Source: Octopus vulgaris (taxonomy: Eukaryota). Taken from it: a DNA stretch of 64,000 nucleotides. The notes beneath the pieces were generated by a model, which saw only the letters and a program-made list of their open reading frames with translations, made no database searches and was not told the DNA's origin. Location of the stretch: NCBI GenBank assembly GCA_951406725.2, contig OX597814.1, forward strand, positions 75,392,001 through 75,456,000. The letters run 5' to 3'. Numbering within the stretch: the first letter of the stretch is position 1; the number at the start of each line of letters is the position of its first letter. This document shows positions 13,331 to 26,728 of this stretch, in pieces. Position numbers and translations under genes: made by a program.

Positions 13331-16114
13331 AAAGAGGGGATAATTTTATGAAAAAAATGAACTAAATCTGTACAATGACAGAAATTGGTCTTAATGCTTT
13401 TCACTCTAAAGACCTAATTTTAAAAAAGCAATTCTTTTAAATGTTTTTTTTTCTTTATGAGAAGAATGATCACAAGCTAAAATAACAAAGCAAAGAAACA
13501 GAGAGGAGAAGCTCAACAACCAAATTAGAATATTTCACAGTGCAAATTTTTTTTTTTTTAAAGGTATATTTTATACTACTGAAACAAAACTCACCAAACA
13601 CTTCAAAATATAAAACACTAGTCAGCATGCAATGAACATCAATTGTCAAAGAGAATTTTCAAGAACGTTTTAAGAATCAAAATGGGCAATGAAAAATATA
13701 TACAGTTTACATAATTTAAAAGTTGTAGACATTTTGCAGTTAACTCCAGTGACAAAGTTGGTCATAGCTGTGCTAAACCTGAAATTATTATTTAAATGAA
13801 CATATTTTTCTTTATCTCACTTTTCTTGTTCACTGAATGTGTAAAGAACAATTTAGTTGAAAATTAGGAATTGATTAAAAGATTGAACAAAGAAATCAGA
13901 AACATGAACAAAAGCAACTAAAAGAATGATATACGTAAAATCTATTGAAAAGATAATCAATGTTCAGAAGGAATAAGTCTAGATTTTTAACTGTAAATTT
14001 TACAAAATCATGACAGCAATAAAAAAAAAAATTAAAAAAAAAAAAAAAAAAAATTCTAATGGTATCCTAGTGTAGCATACAGCCAGTTAATAATTATAAC
14101 AATAGAACTATAATGAAATGATAAGCCTGTATCTAAGAGATAAACAGAAATGGAAATGGGTTATCCCTTATGAAATTGTGAATATTATGACAAGAGACTA
14201 TTGTCGAGAAATAACAATGAATGTATTGAAATGAAAGAAGGAAAAACTGGTTCAATTTCCTGATAAGATAATAAAAAGAGGAAAGTAATATAAATGCCAT
14301 CAATTCTCACAGTGCTAAAAGACACAAGACTTGTACACTGTTAAGACAACTAGGTATCATGTCAACTTTAATTGATACTTTCATTAGTGTTGTGAAATCA
14401 AGTGAGGAAATAAATTACAAATTCAAGCCTGATTTCAAGTTAGGTTGACCTTTTGGGTTTATAATATCTACATTCTATAACACACATTCTGAAAAATACA
14501 ACAGCACCATTACAAAGAGATGTGAGAAAGCATATTGGATAAAAGAGTTGAATGAAGCAAGCAGCCAGGGTTCTTCATGAGTACTACTGAAAATATTAGG
14601 TGTCAAATCATCTAGTTGAACTAGCTTAGATTTTGCCCAATTCAGTCCCATCATGATGCTACATAGCATTTGGGAGGTCAGCAAGCAACTTCATGTGACC
14701 ATATAGAGCTGTTAAATAAAGGGTTTTTTTTCCTGCTTATTCATGATCATATCACCACATCAATGAAAGATTTAAATGCAATATCCAAAGTAAAACTTAA
14801 TGATAAGAATAATCAGTAATTTATATCAGACAGCTACATCTGCCAATCAATGATGTTAATTAAAAATCAACATTACCTTTATACACTGACTACATTTTCA
14901 AGTATAATATCATGTGTTTTGATTAATTAATATGCACACACAATCTGCCATAAGTAGAAATTACATTTTTAACTGCCAGAATGGTTCCAAATTTCAATTA
15001 TTAAGGTCATCCCATTTGCAGTTTGTTTTAAAAGACTTTTAGGTTAAATGCTTTAGTCTGTCTAAGATAAAAAGTCAACTTCCACATAAGTAATTAGTCA
15101 TTGAAAATCTAAAGATATACAAATAATATTAAATGTATCTAGTCAGAAAATTTAAGAGAAATACCATTCAATATTGATCCATTAATGAATAATTCTACCG
15201 CAGTAAAATGTCAATTTTGCTACAACAAAAGTGAGACCAAACATCAAGAAAATTATTTTAGAAACAACTTTCTTTCATTAACTAAAACATAGCAATGCAA
15301 CTTATCATCATAACAAAACTGTTTTCAATTATTGAAGAGAAAGCAAGCAAATTAATATATAATTCAAAGAACACCACAAGTAGTTATTGTTTAATGCATA
15401 AGTTTGGGGTTTAGGAATATCTTTCTTATGGTTAAAGTGAATATTTAATAGATGAATATTACAACAATGAAACCCAAGAAAACTAAATGAACTTCAAATA
15501 TTTTTTTACATTTATTTTTATAATACCTGTTGTTTAATATAAATTCTGGCAATAACATATTGTCTCAATTGCTTGTCATTTTTTATTGATCATAGAGTTT
15601 ATTGGGAAATAGCAACATTTTTAATGAAATTTTGATTCACAGAAGTACATAGATTTTCCAATTCTATACATTATTACCCATGATAAAATCAATAGCATAA
15701 TGGTAAAATTTACAACAAATAAATAGATAAAATAAAATAAATGAAAATATATTCAAATAGCAAAACATATGAGCAGTGAGAGGGGAGGGAATGGAAATAT
15801 ACAGAGAAAAAAAGAGAGAGAAATTTACAGGTATTCTTTCATAAATGGAGCGAAGAGTGAAGTACTTGGAAGGGGGAAAGAATTTTGTTTTGTTTTCTTT
15901 TGACAAGATGCAAGGCCAGTTTTACTGAATAAACCTTTGTATATGTATTAACAGTACTTGTTTTATCAACATTGTCAAGATGAAAAGATATCATAATCCC
16001 AGTAAAATTTGAACTACAAATGTTGGACTTTGTGTTAGACACTGTAAATTCAACTCACTACTGTCTGTGCAAATTTAAAATTTTCCTGCTACTACTGCTA
16101 CAAAAACAACAATA

Positions 16115-16330
16115 ATAGTTGTTTCTAACATAGGCACAAGGCTATAATTTTACATAAGAGGTCAGTGAATTAAAATTGCCTCAGAACATGACAGACACAT
16201 ATTATTAACCCAGAGGGATGAAAGACAAGGTTAACCTTGGCTGGGTTTGCACCCAGAACATAAAGGGCTAAGCTGAAAGAAATACCTCATTGCATTTTGT
16301 CTAATGCTCCAAAGTTTTTGCAAATCCACT
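16115..16330 (-). mobile_element. Degraded SINE, same family as the 17718-18600 cluster
   Basis: ataggcacaagg...ggatgaaagacaaggttaaccttggc is the reverse complement of the gactttgcctttcatcc core. Confidence 0.6.
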
Positions 16331-17717
16331 TCCAATATGATAATAATATTCTTTCCTAATTTAGATCATGTTCAAAAGGGAAACAGTAATAATCACTTCT
16401 CATAAGACTACTGTCTCGTGTTACACCATGATCTCAAGAAGAGAGGGGTCTTGCACAGAAAGAAAATTACCATAAAACAGTTACTGGGTAATTACAAATA
16501 TATCTGGTAAAGAATAATGACAAACTAGTGCACAAAGTAGCAAACATGGGAACAATAAACTTCTTTCCATCTTCAAGGAGATCAAAAGGTACAAAATAGT
16601 TGAAGAAGCTAGCATTTGTGAGAGGGGTAGAGACTCTATGGGGAAAATTATGAGATTAAAAGAAAATTGAAATTGAAATTTCAAATACTTGTGGTAAATT
16701 AATATCGCAGAAAACTTCTACAAGGTCAGTACTCAGTATGTTAAATGAAAGCCCATGCAAAGACTAAGTTTCATCCAGTTTCAGAACTTAGGCTGAGTGA
16801 TGCTTTGATTGCAGCACAAAACCTAGAAATGAGATAAACTATCAAAAGTGTAACAGAGAATGGGAATAAGAAACTTCAGATTTATGGAAAAACAATGCAT
16901 CCCAATGTATTATTTCTGGTTGTCAATTCTTATTCAAAACTTATTACACATAGACATGACTAAGTTGAAAATACTAGAAACTGAGCATTTCAGAACCCAT
17001 GACAAAATGCGTGTGTGTAGATCGACAGGCAGATTGGTAGAAACGTTGAATTTTACAGTAAATAATATAGTAACTATGTGATGGAAAACTTCATTTCTCA
17101 CTGACAAGTGAAATAAATGAAAATTACCTAGATACTAGTTTCAGGGGCTTTTGGGGGAAAACAGATGGTTCCTGAAAGCCATATCCTTTCTAGTGAATGA
17201 CAGCTACACAAATGCAAATATTTGGAAATGCAGTGATATGCAACAGTAATAGTTTCAATCATAATAGGAGTGTAAGGAATGATAAAAGAAGACTAATGAA
17301 ATAACTCACTCCCAGGTTTAACATATATATCCCCAATGTACACTAAATACTAGGCACAGCATGTATGTTGTGCAGAGTGCTATTAAAACACTACGTAAAA
17401 CACTCAGGAATGCAACAAAGAAAAAAAAGAGGCAAAGTAAATAGAGTGCTGAAATGAATACAAAGCTAATCAATTGTTTCTTAGATAAATAGGCAATCTC
17501 ACTTAGAAAGAAAATAAATGCCAGCAACTGAATAATTTAGTGACCTTGAAGGCACCGAAAAGGCTAATCAACTCCAGTAGAATTTGAATTCGTTGAAAGA
17601 CCACAATGTATCCTATTGTCTAATGTCTTGAGCATTTTCATTACTCCCAAAATAATTATGATAATTACAAACTGTTAACAAGAAATAATAATAATAATAA
17701 TAATAATAATCATCATT

Positions 17718-18333
17718 AAGGCAGCAAACTGGCAAACTTACATTTTCTTACATTTTGAGTTCAATTCCTGCCAAAGTCAATTTTACCTTTCATTCTTGGA
17801 GGTGGGAAGGGGAAGGCAATAAAATTAGCTTCAGTTGAGTACAGGGACTGATGTAATTGGCTTGATCCCTTCCCAAAATTTCAGGATTTGTGTCCAAATT
17901 GGAGAGAATACAGGAAAAAAAAGGGTGGGGGCAGAATTGTTTAGCATGCTGGACAAAATGCTTACTGTTATTTCTTCCAGCTTTATGTTCTGAGTTCAAA
18001 TTTTGCTGAGGTCAGTTTTACCTCTCATTCTTTCAAGGTCAATAAAATAAATGCCAATTGAGCAATGGGGTTGATGTAATTAACTAGGCCCCACCACCAC
18101 AACCCAGGCCTTGTGCCTATAGTAGAAAGGATTCTTCTTCTTCTTCTCATTTGGTAGAATCATGAGCATGTCAGGTAAAATGCTTAGCAGCATTTCATCT
18201 ATGTTCTCAGTTCAAATTCTGCCAAATTGACTTTGCCTTTCCTCCTTTTGGAGTTGATAAAGTGAGTACCAGTTGAACATTGGAATCGATGTAATCAACT
18301 GGTCCCCTCCCCCAAAATTTCAGGATTTGTGCC

Positions 18334-18380
<47 letters not shown>

Positions 18381-18600
18381 GGCAGTGAGCTGGCAGAATT
18401 GTTAGCACATTGGGTAGAACGCTCAGCAGCATTTTGTCTGTCTTTACATTCTGAGTTCAAATTCTGCTGAAGTAAACTTTCCCTTCCATCCTTTCAGGGT
18501 CAACGAAATAAGTACCAGTTGAGCACTGGGGTTGATGTAAATGATTAATCCCTCTCCCCCAAACTTACTGGCCTTGTGCCAAAATTTGAAACCTTTATCA
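17718..18600 (+). mobile_element. Four head-to-tail SINE copies separated by short A-rich, (TTC)n or (TTA)n tails
   Basis: The core tgagttcaaattctgcc...tttgcctttcatcc...agtaccagttga...ggccttgtgcc recurs in copies starting near 17718, 17925, 18150 and 18380. Confidence 0.85.
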
Positions 18601-18894
18601 TTATTATTATTAGCAGTAGCAACAGTAGAATTAGTTGTTTCTTACATCAACATAAACAGCATAATTTATTGAGTTAAGGTTACAAGTTGTGGACTCAGAT
18701 TACTGAGATCTAACCATTACATAATGACATCAGCCAATGATTACAATTAATTAACTTTAAAATAACAGTGCAATTTTCGACATTTTATTCTTTCTCATTG
18801 AAACCATTTTAGCTGGAAAATGTGTTTAAATAATGAAAAATATAAAAAAAGCTTCAGTTAATTGATCATTAAAACTATAACAAAACATCCTTTA

Positions 18895-19230
18895 TATTTT
18901 TTTTTAGTCATTAGACTGTGGCCATACTGGGACACTGCCTTGAAAGGTTTTAATCAAACAAATTGACTATGCTACTTAGACTCTTATGCTGAACTGCCAA
19001 GTTACAGGGATATAAACAAACCAACACTGGTTGTCAAGCAGTGGTGGGGATAACCACAAAGACACACACAGCAGGCTCCTTTCAGTTTCTGTCAACTAAA
19101 TCTACTCACAGGGCTTTAGTCAGTCTAGGACTGTAGTAGAAGACTCTTGCGCAAGGTGTCACACAGTGGGACTGAACCCAATACTATAAGAACAGGAAGC
19201 AAGCTTCTTACCAAACAGCCATACCTATGC
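18895..19230 (-). mobile_element. Full-length tRNA-derived SINE (58077/60240 family)
   Basis: Reverse complement of the ggtaagaagcttgcttcc head, gttcagtcccactg B-box-like motif, ggaaactgaaag core and ccagcatggccacagtc tail. Confidence 0.85.
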
Positions 19231-19342
19231 CAAATTTTATTTGGATTACTTGAATTTTAAAATGTTTTGAACATAATATGTGATAAGTATATATGATTTA
19301 TACTTAAAAATGGAAACTGGAGATTAAAAAAACAAAAATATA

Positions 19343-19564
19343 ACGCAATGGCCTAGTGGTTAGGGCAGCGGACTTGTGGTCGGAGGATCGCGGTTTCGAT
19401 TCCCAGACCGGGCGTTGTGTGTGTTTATTGAGCGAAAACACCTAAAAGCTCCACGAGGCTCCGGCAGGAGGTGGTGATCCCTGCTGTACTCTAAAAGGCG
19501 GTGCTCCAGCATGGCCGCAGTCAAATGACTGAAACAAGTACAAAAAAAAAAAAAAAAAAAAAAA
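19343..19564 (+). mobile_element. Young tRNA-derived SINE with poly(A), chimeric 3' end
   Basis: A box tggcctagtgg at 19349-19359 and B-box-like ggtttcgattccc at 19392-19404. CpG-rich. The 3' end aaaaggcggtgctccagcatggccgcagtc matches a different SINE family. Poly(A) at 19542-19564. Confidence 0.85.
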
Positions 19565-19894
19565 TTCAATAAAGACCATAGCAAAGCCTAGGTTAGCAGA
19601 CACCTGGTTAGAGGATTGGTGGAAATTCCTGTAGTTTTAATAGGAGTACACCAACAACTATTAAGAAGCTAGCATTCTAGTTTTGCTTTTATCAAGAGGG
19701 TAACTGTATAAACACCTCTTGCTTCAGTCATAACTTCCTTTGCACTCTTCTGGACATACCTGTCTTCCAGCAAAATGAATTATAAATCATACAGAGGAAA
19801 ATTCTATGAATAAATTGTGTGTGTGTGTACACACACACACACATTATATTGTATTTGGGGCGAGCAATTCTGTTTTAATGCCTTATTAATTACA

Positions 19895-20716
19895 CACTCA
19901 CTGGTTTAATTTCCACTCATTTACTTTTTCTAAAATTTTCATTGCTTCTTGCAACCTCTTCAATAGTCGTTGACTCTGTCCATTATTGGAGCTGTGTTCT
20001 TTCTGTTTGTTTGTTTGTGTGCACGTCTATACACATATGTATATGTGTGTGAGTGTGTTTGTGTGTGTGCTTCTGTCTCCTTGTGTGTGTCTATGTGTAT
20101 GGGTTTGTGTGGCTATATGTGTCTGTTATGTGTGGATGTGTGTCTCCGTGTGTGTGTGTATATAGTCATGTGTTTCAGTCTTCTTTTGTGTATGTATGTA
20201 TCTGTGTGTGTACCTATATACTTATCTATCAGTTTACTTATATATCCATTTACCTACTTATATATAAGTAGGTAAATGGATATGTAAGTAAACTGATAGA
20301 TAAGTAGATAGATAATACATACAGACAAGCACACACATACATACATACACAAAAGAAGACTGAAACACACGGCCATATACACACACACAAGGACACACAT
20401 GGAGACACACATCCATGCATAACAAATGCATGTACATAGTCACATAAACCCATACATATTGGAACACACAAACATGAACACATGAATATGCAGAATACAT
20501 ACAAACGTACACACACGCATACATATATAAATGCATACACACACGCATATATACATACACACACACACATGTGTGTATACACATGTGCACAAACAAACAA
20601 ATAAAAAGAACACAGCTCTGATAATGGACAGAGTCAGTGACTATTGAAGAGGTTACAAGAAGCAACGGAAATTTTATAAAAAAAGAAAAAAGAGTGGAAA
20701 AGAAACTTGTGAGTGC
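19895..20716. repeat. Long diverged fold-back palindrome centred at 20262/20263 with no spacer
   Basis: The centre tccatttacctacttatatataagtaggtaaatgga is self-complementary. The TG-rich left arm mirrors the CA-rich right arm out to cactca/tgagtg. Confidence 0.92.
19930..19966 (-). ncRNA. Minimal hammerhead-like motif (U3 variant)
   Basis: Minus strand reads CTA-TTGAAGA-G-GTTGC-aagaa-GCAAT-GAAA-ATT-T-TAG: 3-bp stem I, 5-bp stem II, palindromic AATT stem III. A more degenerate mirror copy lies at 20641-20677. Confidence 0.5.
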
Positions 20717-23149
20717 ATGCACATACTCAATCTTCCACACAGTTGGTATTGACAGTAAATGGAGCAGCTGACCAGTGGAACATGTGCCTTCCTCAAAAAG
20801 TGGAGCAGTCAACTTGTCAAATGTAAACTATGCAAGGCAGGTAATAACAGATAACAGAGGTGATGTAGGTTTTTATCACTTCTGCCCAACATAAGAATTG
20901 AACATAATCCATGTGTGTGATAAAGTGGAACCCTGCAAATAAGTGCCATGTAAACCAAGGAACAACTGTGTGTGTGCATCTTGCCGAAGTTTAGAATCCT
21001 ACCCCTTTACACAGAAGTTTAAGCAAATTACATTTTCTGTATGAATATTTTTACTGTCAAAATACAGAAATAAAGGAGAATATGAACAGCATTTATTGAC
21101 AGATAAGAAGTAGAAAACAAAACATAACAGCTGGAGCGATATATATGAATTTCAATTAAACAAGAGAGATATGAAATATATTTAAAATTAAGTTATTTGT
21201 TTTGAAGATTATTTATTTTTTTCTTGCAAATGGGAAAGCAAGCTAGTTAAAAAATATTAATTTTGGCAGTAAGTAATGCAACATATAATTTTAATAATTT
21301 AATTACCATATCAATTTGAAAATGAAGTCAAATTCTGGGGCAGTTTTTTATTCCTCCACTTTTAATGAAACATTTGTTTTGCCTCAACAAGACTCTCGTT
21401 TATATTTGAGGTGTTACAATCTATATAATTATTAGCGATTGAAGTGGAGTTATTTCTACTTTAAATAATACACATTATATTAGCTAATTGAATTAGATTT
21501 ATTTTGCATTTCATATAGTTTATTGATATTAAACATTTTATATCAGGATTAGGTTTAATTCCACTCATTTTTTTTTTAATGCTCAGTAAAAAGCTCCATA
21601 ATGTTTTAAATAACCAGTGCAGCTTTTAAGAATTTCTGCCTAATCAACGATTTGTTTTATAAAACAATAATTCAACTAGTTTATCCTACCAAACAAGTAT
21701 CATTAGTATGTGTGTGTGCACACGTGTAAAATGAAAAGGAACTAAGTGAAAACTAGTTAAAAGGAACAGGGAATAGATTTGAATTACAAAGTCAACGAGA
21801 GAGAGAGAGAGAGTGTGTGTTAAATATCATACATAAATTCAGCAAAAATTATAAGCAACACTGATTGTGCCGGAGTGGGCTAGGGGAAGAATTTTAAAAA
21901 ATTAAAGGTCTTTTACTTAATCCAGGCTTTCCATTTACAATGAGTAAAAAAGAATTTGATAGGGTACTTAGAGGGAGATGAACTATCTATTGATGACTAA
22001 ATGTCTTAGTCATAGACAGTGTAGTACTGGTGATAGTATATGAAACCAATAGTATTTCAGTTAGTTGCTTGGTACATCTTCAAGCGGCCACAATGATGCT
22101 TTAGCATAAATCTCTAATCCCAGTTAGCTTAAGTAGACCCTCAATTTCAATGTTGTGTACATCTGTACATCTCTTTGCGAGTGCAATGGACTACATCCTT
22201 TGGTAAAATCTTGATCTCATCCAAGAAAAGGTCTCATCATGCAGGACAATATGTTAGCAGAGCATGCAACGCATTGCCCGGACTTTGACATGCTGCTGAT
22301 CTTCCTTTCAAGGTCCATTAGCTGTATGATGAACAAGAAATGTCAACATCTTTTGAAAAAGCTGAGGCAAAGATAGTCTATTTCTTAATAGAACAAAGAC
22401 TGAATGCATGTCCATCAGTGAAGATAAATGACACCTGTTAATTTGCTCCAATGAAACTGAGTTCTGGAAGCACTGTGGGTTTCAACCACATGTAACAACA
22501 ATAAAATGTTTTCCACACCCTACCGCAACAAACCAAACTGCATCTCTCCTCTTCCTCACATTTCCTCTTTTCATGTACTATGCTTATCACTTGCACCCCA
22601 ATTCTGTCCTCACTGCCTTGCTCACTGTATCATTGCTATCCTGTTGTACCTCACCCCCTCTATATGCCCAGGTTTTTACCAGTCACTGCATACTCCACCT
22701 CCACACTCCTTACATTCATGTGAAGTTTCTACTCCCTACTCATGCACCTTGGCAATATCCCACCATTTATATTCTGACCCTGTATCTTTAGGGCATGCCC
22801 TTCCACTTTGCCACCACTTATCTCTCCTTGGCTCTTCGCTACCACCCCATTTATATTCTGATCCCTGTTACTTGTAAGCATGCTCTGACACTTTGCTACC
22901 ACCTCTCTCCTGCTCTTTTCTTGGTTTCTTCCACTCTCTCTCTTCTTGTCCTATCCGTGACTGGTTGACCATATTTTTCCTCTACAGTAGCACATCTGTT
23001 ACTGGCCTTAATCTTGATCACTTCTCTCTCTCTCTCTCTCTCACCAGGTAACCTCTACAGCAAGACACCTGTTTCTGTCTCTCTGTCACACTCTAACCTT
23101 TCCTCATTTAGCACAAGATCACATCCTCCCATGCCACATTCCCTCTCAA

Positions 23150-23424
23150 AGGATCTTTGTCTTGCAAGTTACTTGGTGACCCTGCCAGTGCTGGTGCCTT
23201 ATGAAAAGCATCCAGCTGTAAAAAAAAACATGCCAAAACTGACCTCATCTGTGCTGGTGCCGTATAAAAAGCACTCAGTCCACTCTGCAGGGTGGTTGGT
23301 GTTAGGAAGGGCATCCAGCCAAAAAACCATACCAAAACAGACAGCAAAGCATGGTGCAGTATCCTTCTTAGCCAGCTCCTGTCAACCCATGCCAGCATGG
23401 AAAGTGGATGTAAAATAATGATGA
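23150..23424 (+). mobile_element. SINE/LINE fragment with RTE-type 3' tail
   Basis: gccagtgctggtgcc...gttaggaagggcatccagcc...aacccatgccagcatggaaagtggatgtaaa-taatgatga. Confidence 0.75.
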
Positions 23425-23700
23425 ATGGTACACAATTCATTGTCAATGACTTCAAGTACCTGGGATCCAATGTTGCTGACAGTAAGCAAGACATTCTTAC
23501 GCATAAGGGATTTGCTTGGAGTGACTGTAACCAGTTTCAAAACATTCGGTATTCAAGTGTTTCAAGTCAACAAGGTTGGACTTCTTAAAGGCTTGTATGA
23601 GAGCATGATTCTCTAGAAAATCAAAACCTGTATTATTAAAGAGCTTCATGGTCACCTTGATAGTACATACTCCAGGTTTCTGTACCTCAGAACATAGCTA
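23425..23700 (+). pseudogene. Fragment of a second, older RTE-like family (post-RT region)
   Basis: Peptide NGTQFIVNDFKYLGSNVADSKQDILTHKGFAWSDCNQ contains the FKYLGS...AW motif of non-LTR RT C-termini. Confidence 0.7.
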
Positions 23701-24914
23701 CCTGTACTTTCACAGATTGATCTTGTGAATATTATATGTTTAATACAAACAGAACAACAACATATTTTTATTGATGTAACAAGCATTCACAAAGAGTCAA
23801 CATTACTGCTGTTGTAAATGTATAAATCCTTCATTAAAATCTCTAAAATGATATTAACTTATTTTTGTGTAATCTATAAACTCATTACTTATTTAGCATG
23901 ATTTATCTACTGACCCATTAATTACTGTATTAATAAATCTATTCAGTGTGATATGAGAAAAATAATTCTAGCTTCAAAAAAATTATCATAAAAAAAAAAA
24001 AAACCTCCAAATTCATCACCTGAAAGAATTTTTCTAATATTGAGGGAAAAAGGGAAGAATATTCCTATAAATATATTTTAATAATAAACTTCAGTGGGTG
24101 TGTTGCATTATGTACTGTAGTATTTGACTAATAAAAGTTAAGAACATGGAAATAATTTATTGCCATATTAGGTTTCACAGACGAACTCTAAGTATATAGA
24201 GTTGTGATATACTAAATATGTGATATAATAAATCCAGTTACATTATATTTCACCTGTCTATAATCTATAATGAGGATTACTCAAAATGAAGCTAACAATA
24301 AATATTGTTTATTAATCACATAGTACGGAAATATTAAATTTTGGAAATCAATTCACCTTAGCTCGAACATAAAATTTTCACAGTATTTTAAAAGTTCAGC
24401 ATTTACTTAAAACTACTAATTAATGTGTAAATTGATACGGGGGAAGTTTGAGTGAAAATTGTAATTGAAAAATCTGCATCTAAAACCATATACAAAATCA
24501 GTAATCTACTGGTTGTCTCTATATTTTAATTTGGTATCCTTTTAATACTGATTATATTTACAGAATTAGACATAAGACAATTATCACTTGTAGTTCAAAG
24601 CAATTTTATATTCCTGAGAAGTGAGTAGGGAAAATTATTTAGTCAAACCCTCACTAGTTTTCCCTTTGTATTACCAAATAGATAATAGTTCTTTCATAAA
24701 ATTGACTCCTATTTCCAAAGTGAAATCTTGGTTGGATAAAAACTACATGATTTCTAGCAGGCTGATTTAGGTGGAGAAATGAAGTTTACTTTCTCTTTTG
24801 TTTCATTAATATTCATCCTTGATTGTAGACTCAGTTGACTGTTTCTATAATACAGTCAACTAAGCCTTTATACTTCAGGTTTATCAAACATTTATTCATG
24901 ATAACACTAATTAA

Positions 24915-25118
24915 CCTTTTAGCATTCAGATTACTCTGTCAAATTCTTATTTATTATCAGTTTGAATGAATCATGCATTATCTTGTAGCTTCGAGATTTT
25001 AATGATGTGTTTATTTTTAGAATGACATTGTAGAGTAGGTGTGAGAGACCCAATTTGGTTGATCTGAACATAAAACAGAAAATTTTGGCTAGGTTGGGCT
25101 AGTTAAAATGCTAAAGGG
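24915..25118 (+). mobile_element. piggyBac-type MITE
   Basis: TTAA at 24911-24914, termini ccttttagcatt...aatgctaaaggg, followed by TTAC. Confidence 0.8.
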
Positions 25119-26249
25119 TTACACATGGTAATACGGAATAGAAATAAGATCATATAGTTTATTCTAAACATTATTATGCTTTGCAGAAAAGAATGGTGAA
25201 AGCCCAGCAGCAATGTTGATAAAAGGCAACAAATTTATCAAAATTTTTGGCATAAATGCACCAAAATAGTGAAACAATATGGAGATAGTGAGTTATATTG
25301 AGATGAAAGCTTCAATTATCACAATGAAAATCTGAAATGAATATTAACAGAACTTTCAATTAACAGTCAGGACCACTGTTTTGAAGACTATCTTAGAAGT
25401 AAACACCTAATTTCAACAGTAATATTGATTTTCTATACAAACTTAGGATCTGTCTTTCAAATAGGATCATATTGATTTACTATACAAAATTAGGACCTGT
25501 CTTTCAAATTCTAAAAAGGAATTGACACAAGGAGAGGTAATCAATGTGGTTTGTTGACTAAAGTTTAACTACATGACATATTTTTATGTAGTTTCATTCC
25601 TTTTGTGATTTGTGAAACATAGATCAATGTCATTTTCATCATCTAGATTCTGAATAGAAAGTAAAACTGTAGCTATTCTCTGGCATTGATAATGAGACTA
25701 AGAATGTTGAAACTATGCAAATAAAGTTCAAGAATGCATATGGCATGAACATATTGAAGATAGCACTCACATAAACAGACACATAATATCAGAATGATTG
25801 CAATTATCTTAACATTATCCAACTTGTATTAACATCCTAGCCTATCCCTGGTAGGATAATTTGGTTATAACACAAGTTAGGAATGCTGATACATACATAC
25901 AGTATGTTCGGGCTAAATTTGATAAGGTTTTGCTTCCTTTTTCTTTCCCCCGGAAACAGAATGATGTATTGTGAACAGTCAACAGCATTGGAGAGCATAA
26001 AAATTAAAGTTGTATTTGAGAAAAGTTAACAGACATAGAGGACTGTAAGCCATCCGAACATTAGAAAAGAATTTATCCGTATCATAATGATTTGTACCAG
26101 GTATTGAAATGCCAACATCATGACTGCTACTTGAAGCTCTGTGAACACTGTAAAGGCTGTAAGTCAGGGTACGGACAGCTGCAATAGAGACTAAGAAACC
26201 ATGGCCAGCAGGAAAGGACACAGCAGGCATTCTGACTGCATCTGCACAC

Positions 26250-26562
26250 TGGATTTCATCCCCACATCCTTGAACAGGGCCTTAGGCTCACTTCAGAAGG
26301 CTATGTGAAACTGCTGGTGACTGATAAAAATCCTGACTGGAGAGGGTTGCTCCTGGAAGGCTATATGTGTAGCAGCAGGATTTGGCTCCTTGCTATACCT
26401 CCACAAAGAGTCAGAAGTGATTCTTGGAGAATGTCTATGGCTTTACCAACCCTAATTTCTGGCTTCTTAATTTACCCTGATTGTAATTCCATAGATTATT
26501 ATGTGTGGGGTCATGGTTGGGAAAGACACCAACTACCTGTAACACCAAGGCTGAGCTGGTGA
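26250..26562 (+). pseudogene. Tc1/mariner-superfamily (maT/DD37D-like) transposase catalytic fragment
   Basis: Frameshifted peptides QQDLAPCYTS and NFW..N.PDCNSIDYYVWG match the QQD.AP.H and WP..SPDLNP.DY.VWG motifs. Confidence 0.7.
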
Positions 26563-26564
26563 GT

Positions 26565-26728
26565 ACACAGTACACACTGTAAAGTGGCTGGTGTTAGGAA
26601 GGGCACCCAGCCATAGAAATCAAGCTAAAACAGAATATGGAATCCTGGTGCAACCCCTGGCCTTGCCAGTTCCTGTCAAGCTATCTAATCCATGCTAGCA
26701 GGGAAAGTGAATGTTAAATGTTGACGAT
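26565..26728 (+). mobile_element. RTE-type 3' tail fragment
   Basis: gttaggaagggcacccagcc...catgctagcagggaaagtgaatgttaaatgttgacgat. Confidence 0.7.

Noticed and set aside
12904-13404. His/Thr- and Val/Cys-rich ORFs (also 19970-20812)
   Set aside because: Translations of CA/TG microsatellites that are open simply because they lack stop codons.
7000-17500. Possible host-gene exons among the short ORFs (here and at 51300-57000, 60300-63800)
   Set aside because: No recognisable protein motif or codon bias. Small spliced exons cannot be excluded without RNA-seq or homology search.
19343-19415. Possible tRNA gene
   Set aside because: It has A/B boxes but no convincing acceptor stem, and continues into a SINE body and poly(A).
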